DNA of 64,000 nucleotides from Rozella allomycis CSF55. Taxonomy: Eukaryota. Where the stretch lies: assembly GCA_000442015.1 (NCBI GenBank), contig KE560937.1:1-64000 (forward strand), given 5' to 3'. The notes beneath the pieces are model-generated. The model saw only the letters and a program-made list of their open reading frames with translations, had not been told where the DNA came from and searched no databases. Positions 37,678 to 52,280 of the stretch are shown piece after piece; positions within the stretch are counted from its first letter, which is position 1, and each line of letters opens with the position of its first letter. A program made the translations under genes and the position numbers.

Positions 37678-39719
37678 TTAAGAATCATATTTCAAATAGT
37701 CATGAAACCTTTCAATATTCACTTCAAGTTTCCGTTCCTCATCAATGATTTGTTCAACGTTGGCTGAGATATGATCCTCAAATGGGTCTTGAAACGTAAT
37801 TCTAGGCCTTAAGTAGTGAAGCGAAGCTGTAATGATATCCATGTTTGCTAGTATTTCAGCCTTCATGTCTTACCGACTTTAAAACGTTTCCCGAAATGCA
37901 TATATTGAGTAGAAATGACTTTGAGTGTATATTTTTGAATAAATGGATGGTCAAACTCTAATAGTTTCTTTAATATGTTCTTTATACACATATTGATCTA
38001 TTCTTACCAAACTCTTAAGTTGAAATAACATGTAGCTTCTTTGCCAATGATATTTTACTATCTTGTTCAAAACCCTTAGTATATTAATGTAAGATATGAG
38101 GCTGCATTTGGTAAATACATCAGAGAATTCTAAGTTAGAAGCATTCGAAATTCTTTTGTGCAGTTCGGAATCAGCAACATTAATCAAGGCCACAAAACTA
38201 AATTTATATCTAGATATAAAAATACTTTAGTTGCTTCATTTTTATATCGAAAATTGGTTTTCTGAAAATACCATGACATTTATCTAGCAACTTTAAAGCT
38301 ACCAATAGTCCATTAGAATCAAGAATGCTTTTAGCTACTTTCTCAAAACAAAGTGGATCTTTTTATGGAGAAAAAAAAACCTACGTATCAGTCTCGTGAA
38401 CTGCAACATGTGAAGAAGAATGGAGGAGCTAGAATGTAAAAGAGTTTCACGTTCGTTGAATTCTTTCAGTTTGTTTAAGTAATCAGATTCTAAATCTTTT
38501 AATTGTATAAAATCATACCATACCTTTTTGGATGTTTACAATGAAATTAGCCGTATTTTCACCAGCTGAATACATCATAGTTTTAAGAACAACCGTAATA
38601 AATTGTTTTAAATAAGGCAGTATACTTTCATTAGAATTCACTATATTTACTTTTTATAGACAGACTTTAAATCGGAATCAACGCAATCGTAGTTAGCAAA
38701 GTCATGAGATAGTGGCTCATATATATTATTTTCATAGCTTAAAATGCTTTCTTGAATAGGCTTTGGCAAATGCATCTTTGATTCATCAATATATTTTTTT
38801 GTTCCAAGAAAATAGGGATATTTATTTCGAAGGTGATCAAAATAGGAACTTAGTGATTCTTTAGAGCATTTTAGATTCATATTTTCTTTTTAATGGTGAA
38901 TTTATATCATACCAAAATCAACTCTGGAAAGACCATTTCTATTTCTTAGTTCATTCTTCAGAAAATTGTATTTCGATTTTGGTTCAATAAATAGGTAAAG
39001 TAAAGCCTTAATTATCAAGAGCATCTTTTTTAAGGGGAATAAAATTGCATCTCCCCTATCTTTACCGAATAAGGCAATCATTTTCATGAATATAGGCAAA
39101 TCAAATATCTCCACTTCACCATTTAGAGTGAATTTTTCCAGCAAAAGCACGACATAGTATAAGTTTAATTCAAGTTCAAGATCATACATTTCTTTAGTCC
39201 AATTCGGCCCATTTGGATTTGGATCTATGTTTTTATGGTTACAAAACTTAATTAAATGCATAGATTGTTTGTACAAGGTCAATTCTTAAATGAATCCATT
39301 TCAGTAAAGCTTGGCGAATCTGGAACGCTTCAAAGGAAATGTTGTTTAATTGACACGTCTCATCGATGCTAGTTTCTTTATGATTAACAAGAATGTCCGT
39401 ATAAAAAAAGGTCAAGTATTTTATCACTGTATGCCTTTTGAATCTGTTCTTAATGTACAGCATTTCAATGATATCCTTTCTTGATAGAAATTCTAACTCT
39501 TGGCCTCCTTCATGAATTAGTATTAAACATACGATGTAAATTATAGTCCGAAGTCAAAAACAAATCAGACATTGAAAAAAAACTGTCTAGGAAGTCAGAA
39601 ACATAATAAATCTCCTTGTATGGCACATCTAAATGTATTTTTTCTCGTTTTCTTTCTGGGCCTTTCTTGAGAAACATTCGAATTTGCTCTATCGTGAGAG
39701 GATTTCTATCATCACTCAT
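37678..39719 (-). CDS. FAR11: Far11/STRIP (STRIPAK complex) protein, divergent
   Basis: FPLKKMLLI, LPKPIQESI, ILDSNGLLVALKLL, INILRVLNKIVK...LFQLKS, ANMDIITA..HYLRP. Confidence 0.8.
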
Positions 39720-39989
39720 TTTGAATTTCCAGAATGACAAAAATGTAAAAATCGAACAAACGCCGTAATTAACGTGCGTGCTTTAATTTTTAAAATACTT
39801 TTCATAAACTTAGGACTCCTAAAAACCCACACAATACATTTTACAATGAATAATGAAGTCAAAGTTCGAAAATTACTGGTACCTATTTCCAAGAATAAAC
39901 ATTTATTCGTTAGCAGATATGAATATTTTTACTTCAAAACAATCCTGACTGTGTGGCTGAGACTTAGTCCCGAAATAGGTTTTCCATCA

Positions 39990-41937
39990 ATGAACAATGA
40001 ATCAAGAAATTTACGCCAAAGAAAGAAAGACTTTGTTGCTGAAGATAGTGAAGCTGTTGTTAATAGTCCCATGCCTTTCCGAGAAAAAGTGAAGTATTTG
40101 ACAACAGAAATCACGACAACAAGGCCAAGCAGTTCGAAGTACTTTAAACGAAAACTGTTTTGTCGATTTGCCTTGGGGCCACTTTTAGGTGTCTTATTTA
40201 CTTTATTTTTTCTAAAGTCGTTTTTGGATTCTGATAGAGTAGAATTTTTGAAGTTGATATTCGACAATGATCTATTGAAAATTTTACCGAATTCATTAGC
40301 TAACGATATTGTAGCTAATATTACCAATATTTTTAGACAACAAGAACCGTCTTTAGAGGATTTAATTCCGGGCAAATCTCTTAATGCCCTAGGTGCGAGT
40401 GCCAAGTTTCCCGTCTTCATTATACCTGGAATCACATCGTCTGGATTAGAACTTTGGAAAGGTCAAGAATGTGCCGAGCCTTATTTTAGAAAAAGGCTAT
40501 GGGGAACGACGTCAATGATTAGACTAATACTGACGGATAAACAATGCTGGTTAAATCACATGAAATTAAATATTACTGATGGGCTAGATCCTGCTGACAT
40601 AAAGCTTAGAGCGTAAGAAAAAATATATTTTTAATAAAGTGCCCAAGGCCTAGAAGCGGCAGATTTCTTGATCCCGGGGTATTGGGTGTGGGCAAAAATC
40701 ATAGAAAATCTTGCTGAAGTTGGTTATGATCATTCAAGTTTATTTCTAGCGTCTTATGACTGGAGACTAGCATTTGAGGACTTGGAGATTAGAGATCAAT
40801 ATTTCAGTCGTTTAAAAGCTCAAATTGAATTTCACCATAAAGTTTTTAATGAAAAAATTGTTTTATTGTCTCATTCAATGGGATCGAATTTAGTATTTTA
40901 CTTTATGAAGTGGGTGGAGAGTTCAAAAGGAGGAAAGGGCGGTTCCAAATGGATAGAAAAACATATTGAACACTTTATAAATATTGCGGGTACTATATTC
41001 GATGATTTAATAAAGGTCCTTTGTTGGGAGCACCAAAATCTCTTAGTGCTGCCCTTTCTGGAGAGACAAGAGACACGGCACAACTTGGTCAAGTAGAGTC
41101 TGCAGTGCTTGAATTCTTCTTTTCAAGAGAAGAAAGGGCGGAAGTTTTTCGAATGTATGGAGGAATTTTGGGTTTATTACCTAAAGGTGGTAACCTACTG
41201 TGGGGTAATTAGTTCTGCACTTTGGAATAAAAGGTGATGGGAAAAGTTCCGTTGACGAAAGCATACCGCATATGATTATTTTGAACGAAGAAACGAATCG
41301 ACAGAATCTGACAACAGAACAAGCTTTGAATCTAACCTTGTCCTGCCTACCAAAACCCTCTTATGATCGGTTTAATCGCCAATTCAGCATGGGATATGAT
41401 CCTTATGCACCAGATGAGCCTAAATACTGGACTAATCCACTTGAATCAAAATTGCCGCTCGCTCCTTCCATGAAAATATCATGTTTTTATGGAGTTAATA
41501 AACCTACAGAGAGAGCCTTCATATATCAGCCGAATGAACCTCAGAATGGAAAAAATAACATTTCGATACCTTTCATTGTATCTAAATCATTTGAAAGCGA
41601 TAACAATAACCCATTGAAATATGCATCAGGGGTGTTTTTAGAAGACGGGGACGGAACTGTTCCAGTTCTTTCAAACGGTTTTATGTGTCGCCATGGGTGG
41701 AAAAGTAAATTATTTAATCCTTCCGGAGTTTCCATACACACAAGAGAATATGTTCATGAACCTGTTTCTTTAGTTTCAGACATAAGAGGTGGCCCTAAAA
41801 CTTCAGATCACGTTGACATTCTTGGGAACCATCATCTTATCACGGATATTTTGAAAATAGTAACAGGATATGAAATACCAGATGATAAAATTCATTCAAA
41901 AATTGATACCTTCAATTCGACCTTTCTCCATAAATAA
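39990..41937 (+). CDS. LRO1: Phospholipid:diacylglycerol acyltransferase
   Basis: IIPGITSSGLELW, FRKRLWG, YDWRL, SHSMG, DGDGTVP, HVDILGN. Confidence 0.95.
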
Positions 41938-41989
41938 GACGTTTAATAAAGCATTTTTATTATTATTACATTGAAAAATCCATAAAAGG

Positions 41990-43891
41990 TCACACCACTG
42001 CACTTTTAGGGGGATCGAAGGTTACGTTGTACGTTTTCTTGAGAAGGGAATTACTGTATGATTCATCCTTTCCATAATAACCTGGCGCGGGAAAATTATT
42101 TACTTTCGCCTGAAATCTTTCATCCTGTAATCATTTAAAGAATATTGTACAATAGTTGTGTGCTTATAGATGTCAACATCAATCTGCTGTTTATCTAACA
42201 AACGAGGATTGTAAGATGAAGGACCAGGTATATCAATGTTTCTATTTTGAAAGATTTCTCTTTTAGTGCCAGATGCCAACAAAGAGTGATTCAACCACCA
42301 TAAACCCTTTTCTGTTACGGTCTTGTACGACCTATCCAATTCGTAGTCCCCTGGGGCAGGTTGGCCTTTCCTGGACTATCAATAAATTTACTTTCTTCAT
42401 TTTTATTAAACCTGTCGGCACTTGACTGAAAAGGGGCGCAATATTTATTTTTCTTATTCACACGATTTTCTTGGAATTCACACGGTCCAGGTGTTGGCTA
42501 TTTCATTTGGAATAAAGGAATACCGGTGGTTGTTTGTAATTGAATCTCAAAGATGAAACATTAAATGGTTTGCCTGACCCTTTATTCTTATTCTTCATTA
42601 GACTTGACCCCAAAGATGTTTTCTATTGATGAGAATAGAAACTATTTACTGATTCGATATCGTAACTTCCTGGCCCAGTTTCAGGATTACACTGCGCTAA
42701 ATAGGAATATCTCGACTGGATTGCGTTTCTACTAGTGCTTCCAGCAATTTTCGCTGGGGCGGTCTTTGGTGGTTTTGGATAGTACGCTGACGGTCCTGGG
42801 AACTCGTTGTTTAATTGGACTCCTAAATATATGCCGTTGGTCACCTCGTGCCCTTTTGACTTCACTATGGGTCAGAAATCTTAAGTCTTACAAAATGCAA
42901 ACTTTTTTTCATTATTTTTTGACTTTTTTTCTGGTTTATACGCTCCCGGGCCAGGTAAATTCAGTTATTGTGATACATGGGATGTTACCTGTTTGTTAGC
43001 CTGTTTGCTGACCATTTCTGTAAACCTAAGAGAATTCACGTTTGCGTCATTCAAAAGCTGGTTCATACATTCTTTCGATATGTTTTTCTTAGTTTTCTTT
43101 TCCTTATTGTCGACAAAAGCTTTGGCTTTGTGATATTGTCCTCAAGTGAAGTATTATGTATAATTACCAGGAGATGGCCCATCTTTGATGGTGAAAATTT
43201 TACCTTTTGGTGTTCTTGAATTTCCGAAACTTGTTCCTTTATGATGTGTTTTATCTTCTTCTACAAATCCTCTCAATTCACTAACAAAAGAAATTGATAT
43301 CCATTACGGACATGAGTATTTAAATCGATTCGACGTCCGCCTTCTTAAAGATCCATCTAAAATTTTAAATACAAAATATAATGACTTTCATGTATATCAT
43401 ACCCCTCGGCATAGTCGCCATAAGGTATTGAAGGAGGCAACTCTTTTCTTGTCCAATGAATTTGACATCTCTCCGATTCTGATTTTTCAAGGTCTGGGAC
43501 TAACAAGCTTGCATTTATGCATTTTCTCATGTATGCGGTAAGCGGCGGTTTTCCTTGCGCGAGTATTTGAGATTTCGGATAGTACGCTGTCGGAGCAGGC
43601 GTTGAATTCTCATCTTTAATAAACCGCTATAACTATTATCGATCATAATATGATTACTTTTGATCTACCGAAAATAGAAGATCTGTCGCTAAACGTACAA
43701 GTGTTGATGTCATAGTTAGCAGGAGCAGGTCCTTCTTGCGCGTATTCATCGAAAATTGATTCTTTTTTTGATAAGTTAGAAAACGGGGCGTAACTAAATT
43801 ACTTTCTTACGTCTTGATTACCTCTTTTTGATTTTCGATTCTCCATTTTCGTATACGCCAGGAGCAAGATTAGGATATTTTGCGGTCTCAT
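41990..43891 (-). CDS. SHIPPO/PG-rich repeat ciliary protein (STPG2-like)
   Basis: Many PGPGxY-type repeats (GPAPANY, PGPSAYYP, TGPGSYD, PGPSSYNP, PAPGY); ends LLKKTYNVT. Confidence 0.8.
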
Positions 43892-44095
43892 GACAATGAA
43901 ATGTGGTTATTCTTTCAGTTCGAGAATACATGATTCCTCAATCCTGTTTCCTTGGGGACTTTCGATCAATTTTCCTAAAAACACCTGTTTTCAATTTTTG
44001 TAGCATCAGTTATTATATGTTTTAAATATAAATAATATGTATGGTTCCATTGATTAGAAAATATCGCGTTGCGGCGTTGGTAAACAACAACAAAG

Positions 44096-46721
44096 ATGCT
44101 CAAAACACTCAGCTTGATCTTTTTGGCTTCATGGATATCTTTGGTCGTGAATATTAATAGATATGGAGAAAATACCGTTTTCGATAGAAAAGTTGGAGTG
44201 TTTACAAGGAAGCAAAATGAATTTTCAATCGGGGCATTAATTCCTGTAACTATTCTAGAATCTAGGAAGAACAGATACCCAAATCAAGTAGGATTTTATA
44301 GAGCAGAAAGTTTTCGATGCAGCATAGAGAAATTTAATTCCTTGCGGGCCATTAGAGGCGCGACAGTTTACTACAACATTCAAGACACAGGAAACAGCAA
44401 TCTTAATACATTCTATTCTACAATGTCCTTCACTACAGGTGGTGATGGGGAATCTCAGGTGGTGATTGGACTTGATACATCCGACGCAGCTGATTTCATA
44501 GGTCGCTATTTCAACGATCTCAAATTCCCTGTAATAGCTTATGGAGCAACTTCTCTCGCTTTAAATGATACCAAAGTGTTTTCGACAATATCTAGAGTTG
44601 TTCCAAGTCGAAAATACACCATTGATGCCATGTTGAAGACCGCCGTAGCGTTGAAATGGAGGGTACTTTCGGGTATATTTCCAAATGATGTCCATGGACT
44701 TTCAAGTATGAACTATTTTTTGAAAAAGGCCCGCGAGCTAAATATATTGACTCTTTGCACGACAACTATGCTGGACTTTGATGATAGTAGCACAGATTTG
44801 ACAGATTTTATAAATTGCGTTCAAAGAAAAGGTGTCAAGGGAATAGCCACCTTTAGTAAACTACTGACTTGCATCATATAGTGTCTCAGTTCATAACTCT
44901 CTCCATTATGAATAAAACGAAAGAAAATACTTTTTACAAAGATGTAGTTTATTTTACGACAGAAGATTTTCAGATATTTTCTCCCTGGGTTGTTAATTCG
45001 TCTGGGCTGACTAAAATATCTTATCTCGAGGGGATCTTCTGTTTTACACCAAAATTAGGTGATGTTGACGATATTCATGAATGTGTGCTCAAAAGAAAGC
45101 CGAAATTTATCTTGGATAGCAAAGAAATTATCTTCAATAGCTACTGGGATAATCAATTTCGTTGCAAGTCAAAACCTTTACCGGGCACTGATAATGTTAC
45201 ATCGTGGGAATCGTTACCACTCTGCGACGATGACTACGAGAGAAGAAGTATTAATGGATCGTGCAGGTGTACTGGAAAAGAGCATTTAATATGGCCAAAA
45301 GACTTTCTTATGGGATACATTCACGATGCGGCACTAGTCGCAGTGAAGGCGATTGATAAAATAATAAACAATTGCGAATCACTTAAAAATGAAACTTTTT
45401 GTAAGAAAATCGAGTACAGCGCTGAAGACGTTGGTTGGGTAGTTAAACAAATAACTGTCCAAGGGGCGACAGGAGAGATATCATTTAACGGTATTGATAG
45501 AATTAGTAACCTTAGTATGGAAAATACAAATAGAAAATGATATTGACATAAATCAGTATTTGAAGAATGGAAGTACAATACTCGCTGGAAATTATTCTAA
45601 CGAGGTGCTCTACTTACCCATCGCAAAGAAATTGATTTGGAAAAACGGAATTGTACAGGTTTCCTCGGTAAAACCCGTTTTCCTTAAAACTTGGGATACT
45701 ATGGTTGTAATTCTTAATGTATTAGCTGGTGTTGGAATAGCGGCGTCTATTTTTCTTATTCTCTATTTTTGGAACCAAAGGGAGCATGCTGTAATTAAAA
45801 GAAGTAGCCCTATTTTTTGCACGTTTATACTAATTGGATGTCTTCTCATTTATTTATCAATGATTGTTTGGAGTTTGCGTCCGTCCAAAGCGGTGTGTAT
45901 TTTGCAAGTTTGGATACCTGTGATAGGCTATGGCACTATAATGAGGTATGCATTTTTCCTATTTAATAAAAGTAATCTGTTGGCTAAAACTTATAGGATT
46001 TGGAAAATATTCAATAACGTCCAGTTATTGTTAAATGCAATTCGAGATAAGGATCTGTTTATCATAACATTTGTATTTCAAGTTTTGGAAGTTGTTTTCT
46101 TATTAGCATGGATGCTATCGAGTGGGTTGCCTTCAGATACAATGGTTGTTAGTGAAAAAACGGATGAAATGCTTTTAGTATGCTCTTCTATCGATACCAC
46201 TTATCGAAAAGCATTCGCCGCCGTGCTTTTGTTGATAAATTCTTTGATGGCGATATTGGGGAGTATAATGGCCTATCTAACCAGAAAGGTGGATTCTGCA
46301 TTCAATGAATCCAAGTTTATATCTTTTTCAGTAATGAATTCAATCAATTCTAAGCCAGATGTACAACATGGTTCTAGTTCTTATAATGGTCACACCTGTG
46401 TATCTTCTATCCGGCGAGGATTTAGATGCTATGAAGCAAAAATATGTTGTTCTTTCATTAGGATTTTGGTTTATGAATACTTTTACTATGATATCTTTGT
46501 TTGTTCCAAAGTTATTAGAGATCATTAAACGTGAAAAATTGCAAAACATGGATACTGGAAATCCTATGGCTAGTTTGAAATCACCATTACATCCCAAAGT
46601 TGGCTATGCAAATTTCCCGAGTGAAGGAGGTCTAAGAAGCCGAAAAACTACCAAGGTACCATTCTCAAAGTCTAGTGCTCCTCAAATAGTAATTGGGGAT
46701 TCCAGTGAAGAAGACGAATAA
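44096..46721 (+). CDS. Class C GPCR (Venus-flytrap ectodomain plus 7tm_3)
   Basis: Signal peptide; PVIAYGATS..LND...F.TISRVVPS; GATGEISF; VIKRSSPIF, LLAKTYRI..IF, AFNESKFI, LFVPK. Confidence 0.9.
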
Positions 46722-46751
46722 AATTTTGTCCTATTTTGTAATTTATTAAAG

Positions 46752-47313
<562 letters not shown>

Positions 47314-47481
47314 GCTCTTCTTGCAAGGGTAGTATTCCAGAAAAATCTAAAAGAATATCATTAATTGAAAATGGTTAAAGGGAAAAATGTGCCTAATAAA
47401 TATTTTATTGCACATATTGATAAAACATTAGAAGGACAATGTATCTTTACTTTATCCGGTCGGATTTTATGAAAATTCGGG

Positions 47482-50400
47482 AATGAGTGCTATCAAGGTG
47501 CAATGGCATAGTCAACCGCCCACAAGTATTGAGCAAGATGATAAAAATTCCGAAGGGAACATAATATATAACCATCGTGAAGAAGAAAATAAAAACGCTT
47601 TTAATGCTGAGGATATAGATCAAGTAATTAGATCGGATCATTAGAAAAAGCAAACAAAGAGAATGCAGGAGATTCAAGAAAGATTGAATTATATGAATGA
47701 GCAAATGTTGAAGTATCAAGAAAGTTTGTTAAGACAGCATCAAGAGATGCAAGAGAAACAAGCAAAGCACCTAGATATGATAGATAGAACCTTTAAAAAT
47801 GAGTCAGAGAAAGTAATATATTAGTATTAATAGTATAAAGATGTTCCAGATGAGAAGGGTGCTTCAAGATACAGAGAAGACAATGCTAAATCAATTGAAT
47901 TATGAAATGGAGACCAAATTTTCGTCTGTTCAAAATGAATTTAGGGGATTTTTGAATGATTTAGAAGATATGAAGAGAACAATATTCAGCACGAAAGATG
48001 TAGCTAAAAAGCAAATAGAGGTAAGAATGTGTGAAAGGAAACAAAGGAACTCATGGTCCAAGTAACAAAGGCAGGAAGAGATTATCAAGATATGTATTCA
48101 ATGCTACAATATTCACCGATTGATAGTTTATTAAATAAAAACAAAGATGAGGATCATGGAAAAATTGCAGAAAAGATATTGGAGCAAGTTAACAAGCAAA
48201 AATATACAGCGTTTGATTATTCTGAAATTACAGAGTCATTGACATCAGCGAAAAATATTTTGAAAGATTTGCAGCAATCTGTAAATTCGGTTGAAGAAGC
48301 TGGCGAAGTGGAAATTTGTTTGCGGGAGATGCAAAGAGATTCAGCGTATTCATCGCCAGAAATAGCAAAGGCGACTGTTGAAGTTGCTTTTATGAAAGCT
48401 TTGAGAGATTCGAAAACTAAAAAAGAAGACAAAGAAGTTAAAGCAAAAGTCAAAGTGAAGCCCAAGGCTAAACTTGAAGCACCAAAGGAGAAGAAAAAGG
48501 CACAGAAGGAATCCATTTTTAAGAAAATAGTTGAGGAAATACGATTAGAATCAGAGCCGGATTCTGGGATAGAGCCAAAGATTAGAAAACCCAATAAGAT
48601 GAAGATGAAGAGAGATGCTTCTAAAGAAATGCCTACAAGAGTAGATCTAAAAGAAATACCAGAAAAAAAGAAGAGAGGGACACCCTCAAACTCGGTAAGA
48701 GATCCATGTTATGATGAGAGGTGCCATCCAGTCCACCAAAGCCACCATTCCCTTACAATGTGCAATCAGTTGATAGGCCAGTATTTTTGAAAAGATCAAC
48801 CATTCGCCCAGTGACATTAAAATTTCTTGAATCTCCCAGGGTTGTAATAAAGCCGAACAAAGCAGTTGAACAAAAGAAACAGCACCACGTGGAGGCAAAA
48901 GTTGTCGCAAGAAAGCCTATTGAAGAAGAAATTGTAAAAAAAGAAAATATTAAAGCTGATAGTCCCTTGAACATTTTCAAACCAATTGAAATTGAAATTT
49001 CAGCTAGAAATATAGCGACAAGAAATGTTTTAATTCAACATTCAGAAATGAAAGATGAATGTGTTGATGTTCAAATGGGATTGAATTCAGCGAGTCAAAC
49101 TGTATTGAAAGTGAGAGACAAGAAGAAGAAGAGAAATGTTAAACTTCAAGTTAATTTGCCATTTGAAGAGGACAATTTTAGAGAAGTGAAAAGTATTGGC
49201 GTTGGTTATCATGTTTATAAACAAAAAGGAACAGTTGGAATCCAAGTCCAACCAAAACAAAAAGAGACTAGCGTTGAAACCAATGAAATATTTAAAGACA
49301 ATAAATTAATTTCTGTTTTCCCGATTGTTAATGAAAGAGGGTGCCAAACTTTGGAAATACCTAAGGCTCTCATTGACGTTGCTGGAATCCAAACTGAAGA
49401 AAATAAAGTAAAAGAGAAAACCATCCAAACAATATATGAAAATGAAGCAAAAGAAATTCAAACATTTATTCAGATTGAAGGTAAAGAAATTCAGACGTTA
49501 AATGATCAAACCACTAGACAAGTCCAAACCTGGAACAATCAAACGTTCAAAAATGTCCAGACTGTTAATGATGTCAGTGTAAAGCAAATGCAAACTGTTA
49601 ATGATGAAATTCAATCCAATAATAATTTTGTTCAGACGGAGGATAAGAAAATTATCACAAGAGAAGAATTTACCGATGCAAGACCCATGTATATTCAAGT
49701 TGAAGATATAAACATTTACGATAAGGAAACTCAGATTGATAATCCATTTTTAGATGATATGATTGACTTTGTTTTAGACGAATTACTTTTATCTGTTCTC
49801 ATTCATGTTGTTTCCAGTGTCCTAGATGCCGAGCAAGTTGTCATTAAAGAAAACATTGGAATAAAAGAAGAGAAAAAGCTCGTTATAGAAGAAATTCATG
49901 GCATTGAAGAATTACAGGAAACTATTCCATCACTTTCAACACAGAAATCATTTTCAAATAAAAGTGTTCAAAATCTCGTGACATTTAATAGCAATGGAAT
50001 TCAAACTAATCCTTCTTCTCCAACAAAAGATTCTTACATGCAAACTGCTGCTTCAATTTCAGAAAAATCTCAAGAAACAATAAAGAGTAGTAAAAGAAGT
50101 GTTTTATCAGAGTAATCACATCAATTTATTCTAAAAGATTAAACATCCAAAAACTTTCATCAAACGAAGAACTTCCTTTCAGCCCAATCCAAAAAAATCA
50201 ATCCCTTGGAGACCAAATAATCTTCTCTTCGCCTCCACCAAGGCCAGTCACAGCCAAGAGAAGCATTTCTATTCAAAACTCTCCAGAAAATTCAACTCCC
50301 AAAAGTTCATCTCACAATTCAAGCTCTGCTCTCTCCACTTCATATTCAGACGGTCAACTATTATCTCAATTCAAAAGGTATGCCATTTCGATAATTCATA

Positions 50401-50665
50401 TAGTGATGGAGAACTCGTTGAAATTGTAGATAGTAGCGTCATCGAAATAGCTCAAAAGTTATGGAAAGATCTCTACCATCCATCAAAACCCAACGCTTCT
50501 TCCTCTTCAGATCCCGCCACAACTATCGACGACGATGCAATACTGTCGATGGGTGAATTTGATCCTGATTCTCCATCTTCTAAATCCAATGGTCAACTAT
50601 CATTCAAGTCATCTTTCAGCGAATCAAATCACTATTTTGCATTCCCAAATCTTAATAAACCTTAA
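47482..50665 (+). CDS. Large coiled-coil/low-complexity protein with a QT-motif array (possibly TALPID3-like); 5' end uncertain
   Basis: Spliced ORFs: N-terminal coiled coil, Lys-rich middle, xxQT repeats, C-terminal SDGQ/SDGE/SMGE motifs. Confidence 0.6.
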
Positions 50666-50732
50666 ATTGGATTTTGATTTATCAGTGACTTGCTTTTCAT
50701 AATTTAAAATAAATCGATAACCTTTAAACCGA

Positions 50733-51245
50733 ATGGTATATCAAGAAAGGAGGCAACATTACAGCAACAACTACAACAATAATTACAACGACCGCCCAAA
50801 GTACAATCAATCTCAACCAAGATATAATAATCCTCATTCTTTCAAGCGAGAAAATGATCGCTATCCAACGAAAGATTACAACAGAGACACGCATAAAGAA
50901 CGAACCCCCTCACCTCGTGATCAGCGCTCAAATGAAAGACTTATTAAAGATGGTATGTCCAGCACGGATATACTAAATGGTATTTTCGTTTTTTATTTTT
51001 GACTAGTCTTATTGAAAGAACAACGGAAAGGAAACCTGGTACCAGTGCCGGTTTTCTTCATGCCTGTGCCAGAAAGTAAAATCAAAAATTATTCATCCAA
51101 AATGGTCGCAAACCTTGTTGTCGACTTTAGCCAGATCAATTGGGCGGATGCCGCAGATGCAAAATCAGATAATGAAACAGATAATGGCAATAATGGAAAA
51201 GGCTCGACAGACGATGCCTGTGATTCAGACAATGAATCTGAATAA
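50733..51245 (+). CDS. Hypothetical low-complexity protein
   Basis: Two ORFs joined by a GT-AG intron at about 50980-51006. Confidence 0.55.
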
Positions 51246-51263
51246 ACTATTTATTGCGCGTGT

Positions 51264-52167
51264 TTATATAATTAACGCATTCAAAGCTTCATACGATTTC
51301 TTGAAAAAGTTCAGCTGCGCTTCAATCATATCATTTAACTGTTTTAACAGGTCAGGCTAAATTGAATACACAAAATCATTTTACATTCTCTGTGACTGCT
51401 TTCATGTGTAATATTGCGTCTTCTACATTAAGATTGAATTGCTCCTCGGCAAGTTTCAATTCTTGTGAGAGCTTATAGATTCGAATATTAAAAATTTACC
51501 ATTTCAATTTTATCATTAGATGATTGTCTTAATCTTGATTTTACTGTATCAAGCTCCAACCTGGCCTTTTGTGCCGCTTTCCGTGCCTTGGCTGCAATTT
51601 GAAAAGTTCCATCCAAAGTATTCATAAAAGGCGCTAAAAATTTCAAAGCAATTTGATCGTCCTAGCAAAGGTAGTGAAGCATACGTACCATTTCATCACG
51701 AGCTGATGATACCTTTTCAAGAGCAAAAGCATAATTTTTCAATGCCTCGCCAAAGATTTCATTTTCCGGTAACATCTCACCACATTGCATAGTTGTGGTC
51801 GCCATCATCATATGGAGAGTTCTGTCACTATTCTTGTCTCCCGTCGACACCGAATTTCTCTTTGTTATGCTTTCATTCACTTTGCTGACTACATTCATGA
51901 CCGATTCCTGGATAGCAGGTTCATAGTTATTCGAATAAATAAACTTTTGAGCCACTTTGCACATCCCTTCATAAGCCGATTTATATTTCTCCATTTTTGA
52001 CTCCAACTCTACGTATTCTTGAGGGAATGGTGTGATTTCGTCAGCTTTTCCCATTTTTTCATTGGCAATCAATATTTAATTCATTAAGTACTTACTTGAA
52101 CAACTTGCTCAAATCCTTTTGATATTTTTTGCGCAAAGGGGTTAATCTTATCTCGTAATGATTCCAT
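51264..52167 (-). CDS. GVP36: Gvp36-like BAR-domain protein
   Basis: EKMGKADEITPFPQEYVELE, ARKAAQKARLELD, AEEQF. Confidence 0.82.
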
Positions 52168-52280
52168 TCAGCCACCAAACAAATGGGAAGCAAATTATAG
52201 ATTAGCATATTGTTAAATTGAAGAAAATAGTTAAAATTGTTATTAAATTATAAATATTCTTTAAGATCAATTAAATAAGT

